Shown piece by piece: positions 16,779-24,331 of a stretch of 36,412 nt of DNA (its first letter is position 1; every line of letters begins with the position of its first letter). Below the pieces are notes generated by a model. It was not told where the DNA came from. It saw nothing but the letters and a program-made list of their open reading frames with translations, and ran no database searches. Source of the DNA: Tissierellaceae bacterium. Lineage in GTDB: Bacteria > Bacillota > Clostridia > Tissierellales > Tissierellaceae. The translations under genes and the position numbers were made by a program. Where the stretch lies: positions 1 to 36,412 of the forward strand of contig JARICQ010000072.1 of assembly GCA_029264075.1 (NCBI GenBank), in the 5' to 3' direction.

Positions 16779-17627
16779 TTAATATGTGAAGAATCCTTCC
16801 TTTGTTTTCCTACCTAATTTCCCGCCCCTGACCATTTTTCTAAGAAGTGGGTGGGCCCTATATTTTGAGTCTTTAAATTCATCATACAAGACATCCATAA
16901 TTGCCAAGCAAACATCTAAGCCTACCAAATCTCCAAGGGCCAAAGGTCCCATTGGATGATTTGCGCCGAGTTTCATGCCTTGGTCTATGTCCTCTGCACT
17001 TGCAAGTCCATCAGCATATATGCCGATAGCTTCATTGATCATAGGTATAAGTATTCTGTTTACAACAAATCCCGGAGCCTCTTCTACCTCTACTGGAGTT
17101 TTTCCAAGATCTTTTGAAAGTTCGACTATTTTATCCTTAACATCTTCAGAACTTGCGATCCCCTTGATCACTTCAACCAACTTCATCACTGGAACTGGAT
17201 TAAAGAAGTGCATCCCAATCACCTTGTCTGGTCTACTTGTAGAACTACCGAGCTCAGTAATAGATAGGGAGGATGTATTTGTCGCAAGTATAGTATCCTC
17301 CTTGCAAATCCTATCAAGTTTTCCGAATATCTCTTTTTTAAGATCCATATCTTCAGATATAGCTTCAATAATTAAGTCCCTATCTTTTAAATCTTCAAAG
17401 TCACTTGTAATACTTATATTATTTAATGTGTTCTCCATGTCTTCCTTGCTTATTCTATCTTTTGATAGGAGCCTATCCAATCCTTTTTCTATAGATTTTA
17501 TACTGGCTCTTGGATTTTCCTCGTCAATTGATCTGACCCACATAGTAGTCTCGTATCCTTTTTGAGCGAATATCTGTACTATACCAGCTGCCATAGTGCC
17601 CCTACCTAATACACCTATCTTTTTCAT
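16779..17627 (-). CDS. hbd: 3-hydroxybutyryl-CoA dehydrogenase
   Basis: 282 aa. The protein matches clostridial Hbd end to end: NTSSLSITE, DKVIGMHFFNPVPVMKLVEVI, EAPGFVVNRILIPMINEA, MKLGANHPMGPL.LGD.VGLD. SD GGAGGGG is 7 nt upstream. Confidence 0.93.
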   Translation of the reverse strand: MKKIGVLGRGTMAAGIVQIFAQKGYETTMWVRSIDEENPRASIKSIEKGLDRLLSKDRISKEDMENTLNNISITSDFEDLKDRDLIIEAISEDMDLKKEIFGKLDRICKEDTILATNTSSLSITELGSSTSRPDKVIGMHFFNPVPVMKLVEVIKGIASSEDVKDKIVELSKDLGKTPVEVEEAPGFVVNRILIPMINEAIGIYADGLASAEDIDQGMKLGANHPMGPLALGDLVGLDVCLAIMDVLYDEFKDSKYRAHPLLRKMVRGGKLGRKTKEGFFTY

Positions 17628-17647
17628 ATAAATACCCCTCCAATAAA

Positions 17648-18421
17648 TTATTTTAGCTTATATTCAGGCCTTCTCTTTTCCAAAAAAGCCTTCATACCCT
17701 CTTTTTGATCTTCAGTTGAAAAACAAATTGCAAATAGATCTTCTTCTATAGACATAGCCGTGTCTATATCTGCCTGCATGCCCCTATTGATAGACTCCTT
17801 AGAGTTTCTAACAGCTATTTGAGCCTTTGATGATATCTTTTCTGCCATTTCTATGGCAGCTTCCATAAGTAAGTCTGGAGCTAGGACCTTGTTCACCAAG
17901 CCAATCCTATAGGCTTCATCTGCCCTTATGGCATCTCCAGTAAATATGAGTTCCTTAGCTATCCCCTCACCCACAAGCCTAGGAAGCCTTTGACTTGCTC
18001 CAAATCCAGGAGTAATTCCAAGACCTACTTCTGGCTGTCCAAACCTTGCCTTTTCAGATGCAAGTCTAATATCACATGCCATGGCAAGCTCACATCCACC
18101 ACCTAGAGCAAATCCATTTACCGCAGCTATAACTGGCTTCTCCATATTTTCAATTTTCCTAAATAAATCCATCCCCAGCCTTGCAAATTTTTTAGCCTCT
18201 AGGACATTCTTGTCTTTCATCTCCTCTATATCAGCCCCTGCAACAAAGGCCTTGCCACTTCCTGTTAGTATGATCACATAGACGTCCTCGTCCCTTGTGA
18301 CTTGATCAAGCATAAGGTCTAACTCTGTCAGTAGTTCTCTATTAAGTGAGTTCATAGCCTCTGGTCTATTGATACGTATAATTCCAATATTCTTTCTTTT
18401 TTCATACAACAAAGTCTCCAA
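17648..18421 (-). CDS. crt: short-chain enoyl-CoA hydratase (crotonase)
   Basis: 257 aa. Motifs are INRPEAMNSLN, FVAGADIEEM, AAVNGFALGGGCELAMACDIR and FGQPEVGLGITPGFG. The start is TTG at 18421 with SD GAGGGG 8 nt upstream. Confidence 0.92.
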   Translation of the reverse strand: METLLYEKRKNIGIIRINRPEAMNSLNRELLTELDLMLDQVTRDEDVYVIILTGSGKAFVAGADIEEMKDKNVLEAKKFARLGMDLFRKIENMEKPVIAAVNGFALGGGCELAMACDIRLASEKARFGQPEVGLGITPGFGASQRLPRLVGEGIAKELIFTGDAIRADEAYRIGLVNKVLAPDLLMEAAIEMAEKISSKAQIAVRNSKESINRGMQADIDTAMSIEEDLFAICFSTEDQKEGMKAFLEKRRPEYKLK

Positions 18422-18439
18422 AAAAATCCCCTCTCAGTC

Positions 18440-18468
18440 TTTATAATTATTTGTTAATAGTCTATCAA
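18440..18468 (-). promoter_or_regulatory. predicted sigma-A promoter of crt-hbd, overlapped by a Rex-like box
   Basis: Minus strand: TTGATA (18463-18468), a 17-nt spacer (gactattaacaaataat), then TATAAA (18440-18445). The plus strand 18451-18468 reads TTGTTAATAGTCTATCAA. Confidence 0.6.
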
Positions 18469-18504
18469 TCTTTTGATGATAAATCAACTTCAATAGCTAA
18501 AAAT

Positions 18505-18552
18505 TATATATGAAGGGCTGGATGAGTCGACTCATCCAGCCCTTCATATATA
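18505..18552 (-). terminator. strong terminator hairpin after the PAS-PP2C gene
   Basis: Perfect 48-bp palindrome TATATATGAAGGGCTGGATGAGTC|GACTCATCCAGCCCTTCATATATA. The GC-rich core stem is GAAGGGCTGGATGAG. On the minus strand it is followed by TAATTTTTAG. It lies 10 nt after the stop at 18562. Confidence 0.75.
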
Positions 18553-18561
18553 AATATAATC

Positions 18562-19686
18562 CTAGATAACCTTTAAAAGAACTATGGCTATATCATCTTC
18601 TTGTTCTCCCCAGCTAAAACGTATTATATTATCTTCAATTTCTAAAACTGTAGCCCCTCTATTTTTTTCAAGTAAATTTAAAATTCCTTCAACACCAAAC
18701 TCATGTCCATCCTTGTTTCTGACTTCTGTAACTCCATCAGTATATAAAAGGATCTTATCGTCTTTTTTCAAGAGTAGACTCTTTTCATCATAGTTTACTT
18801 GCTCGAGTAGGGAGATTATTGGATATCCCTTGAGTTCAAGCAGGTCTATCTCACCTTCTTCACTATAAACGATAGGCATACAGTTGTGTCCTGCATTTGA
18901 ATACCTAAACTCATATGTGGATTTGTTGAAAATACCATAAAATATAGTAAAATATCTATCTACTTCTAAATTCAATTTAAAGAATTGAGTCTGAAGTTCT
19001 TTTAAGGCTAGTGAAGGACTGAATATCTCATCTTTTATAGACCTCATACTCTGCCTAATAAACATGGTCATCATAGAGGCCGAAACACCATGTCCAGATA
19101 CATCAGCTATATATATGCCCAAATGATCTTCATCTACCTGAAATATATCAAATATATCACCGCTAAGCATCTCAGAAGGGCTATATAGATAGTCAATGTC
19201 TAAATTATATTTATTTCCAGCCTCTGGAAGTATTTTCTCTTGAATCTTTCTAGCTACAGCTAGGTCTCTTTGCATTTTTTTGTTTCTTTCGATTAACTCT
19301 AGCTCTAGCTTTCTCTCTCGAGTCACATCTCTAAAAACCTCTACCGCAGCAAATATTTCTCCTTTCTTGTTTGTCACAGGGGAAGATTTAACTGAAAATT
19401 GCCTACCGTATATGGTTTCTTCTTTTTGAACTACTTCACCAGTATCTATGGTCCTTTCTGTAATACAGAAATTACACACCTCTTCTTTTCCATAGGCAAC
19501 ATAACATTTGCCACCTACTATATCCTCACCAAGGGCAGCTTTGATAGCCCTATTGGCATAGATGATAGTACCACTTCTATCTACTACCCTAACCCAGTCA
19601 GCCATGCTTTCTAGTACATGATAGTTCAAAATACCAGACTCTTCAATTTCTTTTTTAATATGCTTTAAATCCTCTGTGTTTAGCAT
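18562..19686 (-). CDS. PAS-domain sensor fused to a PP2C-type (SpoIIE/RsbU-like) serine phosphatase
   Basis: 374 aa. The N-terminal PAS-like fold is WVRVVDRSGTIIYANRA...FAAVEVFRDVTRERK, followed by a coiled-coil linker. The PPM/SpoIIE motifs are LSGDIFDIF, ADVSGHGVSASMMT, YSNAGHN and LYTDGVTE. Confidence 0.85.
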   Translation of the reverse strand: MLNTEDLKHIKKEIEESGILNYHVLESMADWVRVVDRSGTIIYANRAIKAALGEDIVGGKCYVAYGKEEVCNFCITERTIDTGEVVQKEETIYGRQFSVKSSPVTNKKGEIFAAVEVFRDVTRERKLELELIERNKKMQRDLAVARKIQEKILPEAGNKYNLDIDYLYSPSEMLSGDIFDIFQVDEDHLGIYIADVSGHGVSASMMTMFIRQSMRSIKDEIFSPSLALKELQTQFFKLNLEVDRYFTIFYGIFNKSTYEFRYSNAGHNCMPIVYSEEGEIDLLELKGYPIISLLEQVNYDEKSLLLKKDDKILLYTDGVTEVRNKDGHEFGVEGILNLLEKNRGATVLEIEDNIIRFSWGEQEDDIAIVLLKVI

Positions 19687-19717
19687 GTAATCACCTACCT
19701 GGCATTATTTTTTGATA

Positions 19718-20242
19718 TTAATATTCTACACATACTTCCCTATCCTCAGAGTACCTAGCCATTGAATAGAGTGTATCTGACAATCTATTTACATATTTAA
19801 TTACTAGTGGATCAATTTCTACATGACCTGAAAGAGTAATTATCCTTCTCTCTGCCCGCCTACATACTGTTCTACTAACATGGAGATGGCCAGCTTTTTT
19901 CCCAAATCCATTTAATATAAAGCAATTTGGATCCTCAATCCTTCCCATATAGATATCAATTATTTTCTCCAGCTCATCTATATCCTTTTCTACTATATGA
20001 TGCCTTACCTTTTCTGGATCTTCTGTAGCTAGTATTGATGCAACTGTAAAGAGTTTGTTTTGTATGCCATGGATAAAGTCATACATTTCCTCATCTTCTA
20101 CATAGTTTTTTGCAAGACCTAGTGAGGCTCCTAGTTCATCTATAGTTCCATAGGCTTCAACCCTCATATCATCTTTATAGACTCTTCTGCTATCAAATAA
20201 GCTAGTTTTTCCCTTGTCGCCTGTCTTTGTATAAATAGTCAT
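19718..20242 (-). CDS. PduO-type ATP:cob(I)alamin adenosyltransferase family protein
   Basis: 174 aa. The N-terminus IYTKTGDKGKTSLFDSRRVYKDDMRVEAYGTIDELGASLGLA matches this family. The helical-bundle remainder carries RTVCRRAERR. Confidence 0.88.
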   Translation of the reverse strand: MTIYTKTGDKGKTSLFDSRRVYKDDMRVEAYGTIDELGASLGLAKNYVEDEEMYDFIHGIQNKLFTVASILATEDPEKVRHHIVEKDIDELEKIIDIYMGRIEDPNCFILNGFGKKAGHLHVSRTVCRRAERRIITLSGHVEIDPLVIKYVNRLSDTLYSMARYSEDREVCVEY

Positions 20243-20270
20243 TTTACCATTCCCTTCTATAAATAAATTC

Positions 20271-21410
20271 TTAGTTTTTCCTTGGTGGCCTTGGCCCGTA
20301 GTATTGGTAGTAGTCTACCTTTATTCGCCCATTGTAGAGCTTTCTCTTTCTATCAGCTTTTTTCCCATAATATTTTTCAAATTCTTCATCTGCTGTAATC
20401 GCATACAGAGACCAGGTGTCGAGTTCTTCAAATCTAGCTCCCAGATCTTCATATATCTTCCTCAAATCCTCAACTTCTCCTATACGCTCCCCATAGGGTG
20501 GATTTGTAATCACCACGCCATATTCGTTGTTGAGTTCAGCCTCCCTAAAGTCCTTGATAAAAAAAGCTATATCTTCTTCAAGACCAAAATTTGCAGCATT
20601 GTCCCTGGCACGTAAGATTGCCTTCCTATCTATATCAGCACCAAGTATGTGAAGTTTAGTTTCAGTATCCATAGCCTTGAATGCTTCTTGCTTGGCTTCC
20701 TTCCAGTATTCAGCCTTTACTCTTGGCCAGTCCTCTGATGCAAAGTTTCTATCGAGTCCTGGGGCCATGTTTCTTCCGATCATTGCTGCTTCTATAGGTA
20801 TAGTTCCAGACCCACAAAAGGGATCAAATAATACCCTCTCCTTATTCCAAAAACTTAAAAGGATCATTGCAGCTGCAAGGGTCTCCTTGATTGGTGCATC
20901 TCCCTGTCTGCTCCTATATCCTCTCTTGTGAAGCCCTTCTCCAGAAGTATCTATGGTAATGGTCGCTATATCTTTTAATAGAGCCACTTGAATAGTATAT
21001 TTTGCCCCTGATTTTGTAAACCAGTCTGTGTCATATTTGGTCTTTAATTTCTCAACCACTGCCTTTTCGACTATTCTCTGACAGTCAGGCACACTAAATA
21101 GTTTTGAATTTATACTTTTTCCCTCTACTATAAAATTTCCATCTTCAGGTATCCACTCATCCCAAGGAAGAGCCTTAGTCTTTTCAAATAATTCATCAAA
21201 GCTAAGGGCTTTAAATTCTCCCATCTTAAGGAGCACCCTATCTGCACTTCTTAGCCAGTAGTTGGCCCTTGGTATATCACGCTCTTCAGCTTGAAAAGTG
21301 ACCTTGGCATTTTCTACCTTTAAATCATTATATCCTAAATCCATCAGTTCTCTTTTCACTACTGCCTCAAGTCCAAATGTAGCTGTTGCTATAAGTTCTA
21401 TTTTACTCAT
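20271..21410 (-). CDS. THUMP-domain class I SAM-dependent RNA methyltransferase (RlmL N-terminal half / YpsC-like)
   Basis: 379 aa. An N-terminal ferredoxin-like/THUMP region is followed by SAM motif I DPFCGSGTIPIEAA. The catalytic motif IV is VITNPPYGERIG. Confidence 0.85.
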   Translation of the reverse strand: MSKIELIATATFGLEAVVKRELMDLGYNDLKVENAKVTFQAEERDIPRANYWLRSADRVLLKMGEFKALSFDELFEKTKALPWDEWIPEDGNFIVEGKSINSKLFSVPDCQRIVEKAVVEKLKTKYDTDWFTKSGAKYTIQVALLKDIATITIDTSGEGLHKRGYRSRQGDAPIKETLAAAMILLSFWNKERVLFDPFCGSGTIPIEAAMIGRNMAPGLDRNFASEDWPRVKAEYWKEAKQEAFKAMDTETKLHILGADIDRKAILRARDNAANFGLEEDIAFFIKDFREAELNNEYGVVITNPPYGERIGEVEDLRKIYEDLGARFEELDTWSLYAITADEEFEKYYGKKADRKRKLYNGRIKVDYYQYYGPRPPRKN

Positions 21411-21458
21411 ATAATCTCTCCTAAATTAATCTATGATACTATTATACTCTAAAATATA

Positions 21459-21488
21459 AATATTATCTAATATTATTGAATATTATTT
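21459..21488 (+). repeat. three tandem 10-bp repeats AATATTATnn
   Basis: AATATTATCT (21459-68), AATATTATTG (21469-78), AATATTATTT (21479-88). The period is exactly 10 bp. The repeats overlap the predicted -35 of the superoxide reductase gene. Confidence 0.8.
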
Positions 21489-21505
21489 TGTAATAAGGGT
21501 ATAAA
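21476..21505 (+). promoter_or_regulatory. predicted sigma-A promoter for the superoxide reductase gene
   Basis: TTGAAT (21476-81), an 18-nt spacer, then TATAAA (21500-05). It lies about 43 nt upstream of the ATG, whose SD GGAGG is 7 nt upstream. Confidence 0.5.
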
Positions 21506-21548
21506 ATGTATTGAAGTCAAAAACAATAAATTAAATGGAGGTTTTTAT

Positions 21549-21923
21549 ATGAAGAGTTTAGGAAGTTTATACCAAAGTGGAGACTGGAAGGGCGAGAAGC
21601 ACGTACCAGTTATCCATGCACCAGAGTCAGCAAAAAAAGATGAAAATATAGAAGTAAGACTGATGGTTGGTGAAGAAATTGGTCATCCAAACACTTTCGA
21701 GCACCATATAGCTTGGATGAAGCTTTATTTCCAACCAGAGGGCGGCAAGTTCCCAGTAGAAATAGGAACAGCTAACTTTTCCGCACACGGGGAAGCTGAT
21801 TTATTTACAGATTCAAATGTAGTATTTAACTTCAAGGCAAATAAATCAGGTACATTGTATGCAAGTTCTTACTGTAATATCCACGGTCTTTGGGAGAACA
21901 GTGCAGAATTAAAGGTAGAATAG
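21549..21923 (+). CDS. sor: 1Fe superoxide reductase (neelaredoxin / desulfoferrodoxin centre II domain only)
   Basis: 124 aa. The iron ligand motifs are EKHVPVI, H.NTFEHHIAWM and SYCNIHGLWE (the C-x2-H). There is no N-terminal desulforedoxin CxxC domain. Confidence 0.9.
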   Translation: MKSLGSLYQSGDWKGEKHVPVIHAPESAKKDENIEVRLMVGEEIGHPNTFEHHIAWMKLYFQPEGGKFPVEIGTANFSAHGEADLFTDSNVVFNFKANKSGTLYASSYCNIHGLWENSAELKVE

Positions 21924-21950
21924 TATAAAAACAAAATAAATAGTACAAGT

Positions 21951-22030
21951 AAAATTGTCATTCCGAAGGAAGAATCTTAGTCCAAGACTTTTTCCTATCC
22001 TGGAATGACAATTTTACTTAAATTATTTTT
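21951..22030 (+). terminator. terminator hairpin after sor
   Basis: The 14-bp arms AAAATTGTCATTCC (21951-64) / GGAATGACAATTTT (22002-15) enclose an imperfect inner helix. A T-rich tract follows at 22021-22032. Confidence 0.5.
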
Positions 22031-22034
22031 TTAC

Positions 22035-22063
22035 TTGACAAGAAAGTTAAGTTATTGTAAGAT
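22035..22063 (+). promoter_or_regulatory. predicted sigma-A promoter of the tyrS T-box leader
   Basis: TTGACA (22035-40), a 17-nt spacer (agaaagttaagttattg), then TAAGAT (22058-63). Confidence 0.6.
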
Positions 22064-22069
22064 AAAATT

Positions 22070-22290
22070 CAATTATATATGTAGAAACTATGAAGGATAA
22101 GAGTAGTCTTTCTAGGAAAATCCACAGAGAATAGGCTGGTGCTGAGAGGCCTATATCCTAAAAAGACGAAGTACATATCTGGAGTTCAATCGCGACTTCC
22201 ACACGTTACGTGGCTTGAGGCTTTATGCAAATTAAGGTGGTACCACGGGTTTATCTCGTCCTTTCGACGATATAAGGCCCTTTTTTTATA
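22070..22290 (+). promoter_or_regulatory. T-box riboswitch leader, tyrosine-specific (UAC specifier)
   Basis: Stem I elements: AGAGA (22126-30), and the distal helix ATAGGC/GCCTAT closing a GGTGCTGAGAG loop (22138-48). The specifier context is GAA-GUAC-A, with UAC at 22172-74 followed by a purine. The T-box sequence is AAUUAAGGUGGUACCACGGG (22231-49). A terminator helix (about 22247-22280) plus TTTTTTT (22281-87) follows. The leader sits immediately upstream of tyrS. Confidence 0.9.
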
Positions 22291-22311
22291 CAAATTTTGA
22301 GGAGGTATTAT

Positions 22312-23535
22312 ATGAATAATGTATTTGATATACTTAAGGAAAGAGGTTATATTGATCAGGCGACCTATGAAGATGAGTTAAAAGAACTACTTGGAAATGA
22401 ATCTGTAGCTTTTTATATAGGATTTGATGCTACAGCAGATAGTTTGACACTCGGACATTTTCTTCAGATTATGGTTATGATGCATATGCAAAATCACGGT
22501 CACAAGCCTATAGCTCTGCTTGGTGGTGGAACTACAATGATAGGGGATCCATCTGCTAAGTCTGATATGAGAAAACTGATGACCAAGGAAATGATCGACT
22601 ACAATGCAAGTAGATTCAATGAACAATTATCTCAGTTTATTGACTTTGAGGACGACAAGGCCCTAGTGGTTAACAATGGTGACTGGCTCTTAGACCTTAA
22701 TTTTGTAGATTTCATGAGAGAAATAGGAGTTCATTTTTCAGTCAATAGAATGTTAGGCTTTGATTGCTACAAGAATAGACTAGAGCACGGGCTTACATTC
22801 TTTGAATTTGGATACATGCTCATGCAAAGCTATGACTTCCTCCACCTATACAGGGAATACGACTGCAAGCTTCAACTTGGTGGAAGCGACCAATGGTCAA
22901 ATATGCTTGGAGGATATGAGCTAGTTAGAAAAATTGAAGAAGATAAGGTTTATTCAATGACCTTTAAACTTCTTACAACAGCTTCAGGTATCAAGATGGG
23001 TAAGACTGAGGCAGGTACAATATGGCTAGACCCAGAAAAGACTCCACCATATGAACTATACCAGTATATGAGAAACACAGACGATAGGGATGTAGAGAAA
23101 TTCCTCAGCCTTCTTACCTTTCTTCCACTAGAAGAAGTTAGAAGACTCGGTTCACTAGAGGGGGCAGAAATAAACAAGGCCAAGGAAGTACTGGCATTTG
23201 AAGTAACCAAGTTGATCCACGGACAAGAAGAAGCTGAAAAATCTCAAACAGCTGCTAGATCTCTATTCACCGGATCTGCCGACCAAGGTTCTATACCCTT
23301 TACAGAAATGGAAAAAGACCTATTCAAAGAGGGAATTGGAGTCCTAGACCTCTTAAAAGATCTAGAACTCACCAAGTCCAATGGCGAGGGAAGAAGACTT
23401 GTAGAACAGGGCGGTATATCTATAGACGATGTAAAGGTTGAAGATATAGGACGCATAGTAGGCCTAGAAGATTTTAAAGACGGTAAGATATTGATCAAAA
23501 AAGGTAAAAAAGTCTACCATCAGGTAAGAATATAA
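22312..23535 (+). CDS. tyrS: tyrosine--tRNA ligase
   Basis: 407 aa from the ATG at 22312, with SD GAGGAGG 6 nt upstream. The class I HIGH-type motif is DSLTLGH and the KMSKS-type motif is KMGKT. A C-terminal S4-like domain is present (GEGRRLVEQGGISIDD). The track ORF start at 22297 is a TTG inside the SD and is rejected. Confidence 0.95.
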   Translation: MNNVFDILKERGYIDQATYEDELKELLGNESVAFYIGFDATADSLTLGHFLQIMVMMHMQNHGHKPIALLGGGTTMIGDPSAKSDMRKLMTKEMIDYNASRFNEQLSQFIDFEDDKALVVNNGDWLLDLNFVDFMREIGVHFSVNRMLGFDCYKNRLEHGLTFFEFGYMLMQSYDFLHLYREYDCKLQLGGSDQWSNMLGGYELVRKIEEDKVYSMTFKLLTTASGIKMGKTEAGTIWLDPEKTPPYELYQYMRNTDDRDVEKFLSLLTFLPLEEVRRLGSLEGAEINKAKEVLAFEVTKLIHGQEEAEKSQTAARSLFTGSADQGSIPFTEMEKDLFKEGIGVLDLLKDLELTKSNGEGRRLVEQGGISIDDVKVEDIGRIVGLEDFKDGKILIKKGKKVYHQVRI

Positions 23536-23546
23536 GTAAAATTCAC

Positions 23547-23598
23547 AAAAGCCAAGTATAACTTAGATTTAAAACTAAGCTATACTTGGCTTTTTATT
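23547..23598. terminator. bidirectional terminator shared by convergent tyrS and xpt
   Basis: AAAAGCCAAGTATAACTTAG-atttaaaa-CTAAGCTATACTTGGCTTTT is a 20-bp stem with one mismatch. A T-run follows on the plus strand and TTTTGTGAATTTT follows on the minus strand. Confidence 0.75.
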
Positions 23599-23669
23599 TA
23601 TTTTAATTTGCTCTGAAATTGATTAGCAATCTAGACTCTTATAATAGAGTTGGAGTTGATTTGATTTAT

Positions 23670-24263
23670 TCAGTCCCTTCTACTAGGGCTAGCTTCTCCA
23701 AATACTATATTGCCATCGTCTATGGACTCTACTATGGCTAGGGACTCAAGCTTAACCCCTATGGACCTTATTTCATCTCCACCTTTTTGGAAGCCCTTTT
23801 CTATTACTATACCTATGCCAGAAAGATTGCATTTAGCCATATCCAATATATCTATAAGACCCCTAGCTGCCTTTCCCTTTGCCAAAAAGTCGTCTACTAT
23901 AAGTATGTTTTCACCCTCATTTAAATACTTTTTAGACACTCTTATAGTATAGGTTTTGCCCTTTGTATAAGAGTAAACATCACTCTCATATGTATCCTTG
24001 TCTAGATTCTTTGATTCTGTTTTCTTTGCAAATACCACAGGAACATTGAAGTACTGAGCTGCTATGACAGCTATGGCTATTCCGGAAGCTTCAATGGTCA
24101 GTATCTTATCTATCCTTACGCCTTCAAATCTTGATTTAAATTCTTTGCCTATGGCATTTAAAAGGTCTATGTCTATCTGGTGATTTAAAAAGCTGTCTAC
24201 CTTGATTACATTACCTGGCTTTACATCCCCATCTTTTATCATTCTATTTTTTAATAATTCCAT
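23670..24263 (-). CDS. xpt: xanthine phosphoribosyltransferase
   Basis: 197 aa from the ATG at 24263 ([35 protein letters not shown]...). This matches the Xpt N-terminus. The PRPP loop is [21 protein letters not shown] is 5 nt upstream. The longer 234-aa track ORF overlaps the upstream gene and is rejected. Confidence 0.92.
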   Translation of the reverse strand: MELLKNRMIKDGDVKPGNVIKVDSFLNHQIDIDLLNAIGKEFKSRFEGVRIDKILTIEASGIAIAVIAAQYFNVPVVFAKKTESKNLDKDTYESDVYSYTKGKTYTIRVSKKYLNEGENILIVDDFLAKGKAARGLIDILDMAKCNLSGIGIVIEKGFQKGGDEIRSIGVKLESLAIVESIDDGNIVFGEASPSRRD

Positions 24264-24331
24264 ATAATCTCTCCAATTTATTTTATTATGACAAGTCCTA
24301 AAAAGACTTAAAAGGGATACTAAGATAATCC

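Noticed and set aside
16975-17565. 196-aa plus-strand ORF inside hbd. Many similar 60-120-aa ORFs lie antisense to real genes (e.g. 139-393, 5394-5729, 9165-9416, 12376-12603, 15460-15816, 20304-20615, 28458-28760, 33440-33715).
   Set aside because: All lie entirely inside well-supported genes on the opposite strand. Their translations are low-complexity and rich in Ser, Leu, Ile and Phe, as expected when an AT-rich coding sequence is read antisense. They have no SD and no recognisable motifs.
22297-22311. TTG-initiated 5-codon extension of tyrS (MRRYY).
   Set aside because: The TTG lies within the GAGGAGG Shine-Dalgarno that serves the ATG at 22312.
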